DNA of 63,719 nt, counting the filler, from Octopus bimaculoides (Eukaryota): NCBI RefSeq assembly GCF_001194135.2. It is 5 parts of 5 records of this genome, joined end to end, with 100 filler letters (N's around TTAATTAATTAA, not from the genome) between each part and the next. Parts side by side here need not be neighbours in the genome. Positions count along the whole stretch, not along the records: positions 62,549 to 63,719 come from NC_068996.1; 4 more parts are not named here. One strand, given 5' to 3'. The position numbers were made by a program, and so were the translations under genes. The notes below the pieces were generated by a model, which was given only the letters and a program-made list of their open reading frames with translations, made no database searches and was not told the origin of the DNA. This document shows positions 62,549 through 63,719 of the stretch, piece after piece. Within the stretch, counting starts at the first letter, position 1. Each line of letters opens with the position of its first letter.

Positions 62549-62641
62549 TTTTTTTTTCCTTCCTTCCCCCTCTCAAAAAGAAAAGCTCTACATTGTATTT
62601 GTCCCATCTTCGTTGAGCCCTGTGTGGCTAATAAAAGAAAT

Positions 62642-62642
62642 G

Positions 62643-62684
<42 letters not shown>

Positions 62685-62706
62685 CCTACCTATCTACCTA
62701 CCTACA

Positions 62707-62777
<71 letters not shown>

Positions 62778-62800
62778 TTATCCGTCTATCTATCTATCTA
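62642..62800. repeat. (TATC)n/(TACC)n tetranucleotide microsatellite
   Basis: Direct inspection; a similar tract lies at ~51015-51085. Confidence 0.9.
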
Positions 62801-63384
62801 TGTTTATATATGTATGCGTACGCTTGTGCGTGCCTTTGTGGTGAGCTTTTGAAACTACACACACAGACACAAACACACAAAATCACATTCATGCACACAT
62901 ACATGCATACATTTTCTCACTCACTCTCTCTCTTTCTCTCCCCCCTCTCTTTCTCTCTCTCTTGCTTTTTCTATTCAAAATTTTCTTGAGACAATAGAGA
63001 ATTTGTATCATGTCTGAAAAAAAAAACCAGATTACAAAAAATTAATAATAAAAGCAAAAGTGAGAACTTTTCCAGCAGAAAGCAATTTCTTGAACCGAAT
63101 AAAAAGAAAGAAAAGGAGACCTTAGTTACATATAAGAATAGTATTTTGTTAGATTAGAGGAACCAGTTGTCTTCTACATTCAGATGACGATCGTAATTGT
63201 ATGAAAAATTTACATGAAATATTCATAATCTTTGGAAGACTGCCAAAAATCGATAAGGAAATTTGGAAGAGGAGGCATGAAGATGGCATATTGGGTGTTT
63301 TCCAGTCAAAGTGTTGAACCACGGGTTCTCTTAAATAACGATACCGTAGCTGCATGACCGACAGGTTTTCTTTGCAGCATCGTG

Positions 63385-63680
63385 GTTCCATCGCGTCCTG
63401 TACTTCTGCCGCCGTGATGACACCTTCGCTGCACTCTGCCTCTCTTGTCGAGAGTCGCGGCAGGCTGTGCAGCTAGGCACTGAAGTCCACCATGCGTTCT
63501 CGCTCGCCACTCGTCCTGAACAGTCGGGCAAAATGCCGCTGAAAGGCCTCGCACGTCTTGCTCGGCTCGAGCAATTCGTGCCCCTGTTCATCTACCAGAG
63601 ACCGAATGGTGGCTTTGTTGCCCTGTTGCGCCTCCGCCACCCGGGCCTCTCGCGCAGCTCCAACACCTTCGTTCCTTAGA
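63385..63680 (-). mobile_element. L1/Tx1-like LINE ORF2 fragment (linker between EN and RT)
   Basis: KATIRSLVDEQGHELLEPSKTCEAFQRHFARLF...LPRLSTREAECCEGVITAAEVQDAM; GC- and CpG-rich. Confidence 0.55.
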
Positions 63681-63688
63681 GCACACAA

Positions 63689-63719
<31 letters not shown>

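Noticed and set aside
107-62989. ORFs rich in M, CV, HT, YI, LS or YLSI repeats
   Set aside because: Translations of microsatellites and low-complexity tracts, not genes.

Overview
A repeat-saturated, gap-rich metazoan draft-genome window. By inference from its SINE families and microsatellites it is an octopus, probably Octopus bimaculoides. Two spliced minus-strand genes are only partly present, and the ORF track represents neither correctly. (1) The 3' half of an SLC22 organic cation transporter: exons 10255-10481, 5497-5678 and 411-578, phase-compatible, plus a divergent partial copy of the middle exon at 5702-5744. (2) The 5' end of a septin: exon 58302-58395 and a possible MSKRQ first exon at 58897-58911. 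Four identical 100-bp scaffolding spacers (N44-TTAATTAATTAA-N44) cut the window into five blocks, so long-range order is uncertain. The rest is transposons (two full-length mariners, a DD37D/maT deletion-derivative family, R4/Dong, RTE, Penelope, L1/Tx1, hAT/piggyBac/Tc1 MITEs, a Helentron-like element), tRNA-derived SINEs and simple repeats. The most interesting signal is a short interspersed minus-strand repeat carrying a minimal type I hammerhead-ribozyme fold. Its palindromic stem III and extended stem I co-vary between copies (33467-33511, 30045-30089, and a related motif at 15491-15534). All identifications are by eye; no database searches were run, and many repeat boundaries are approximate.
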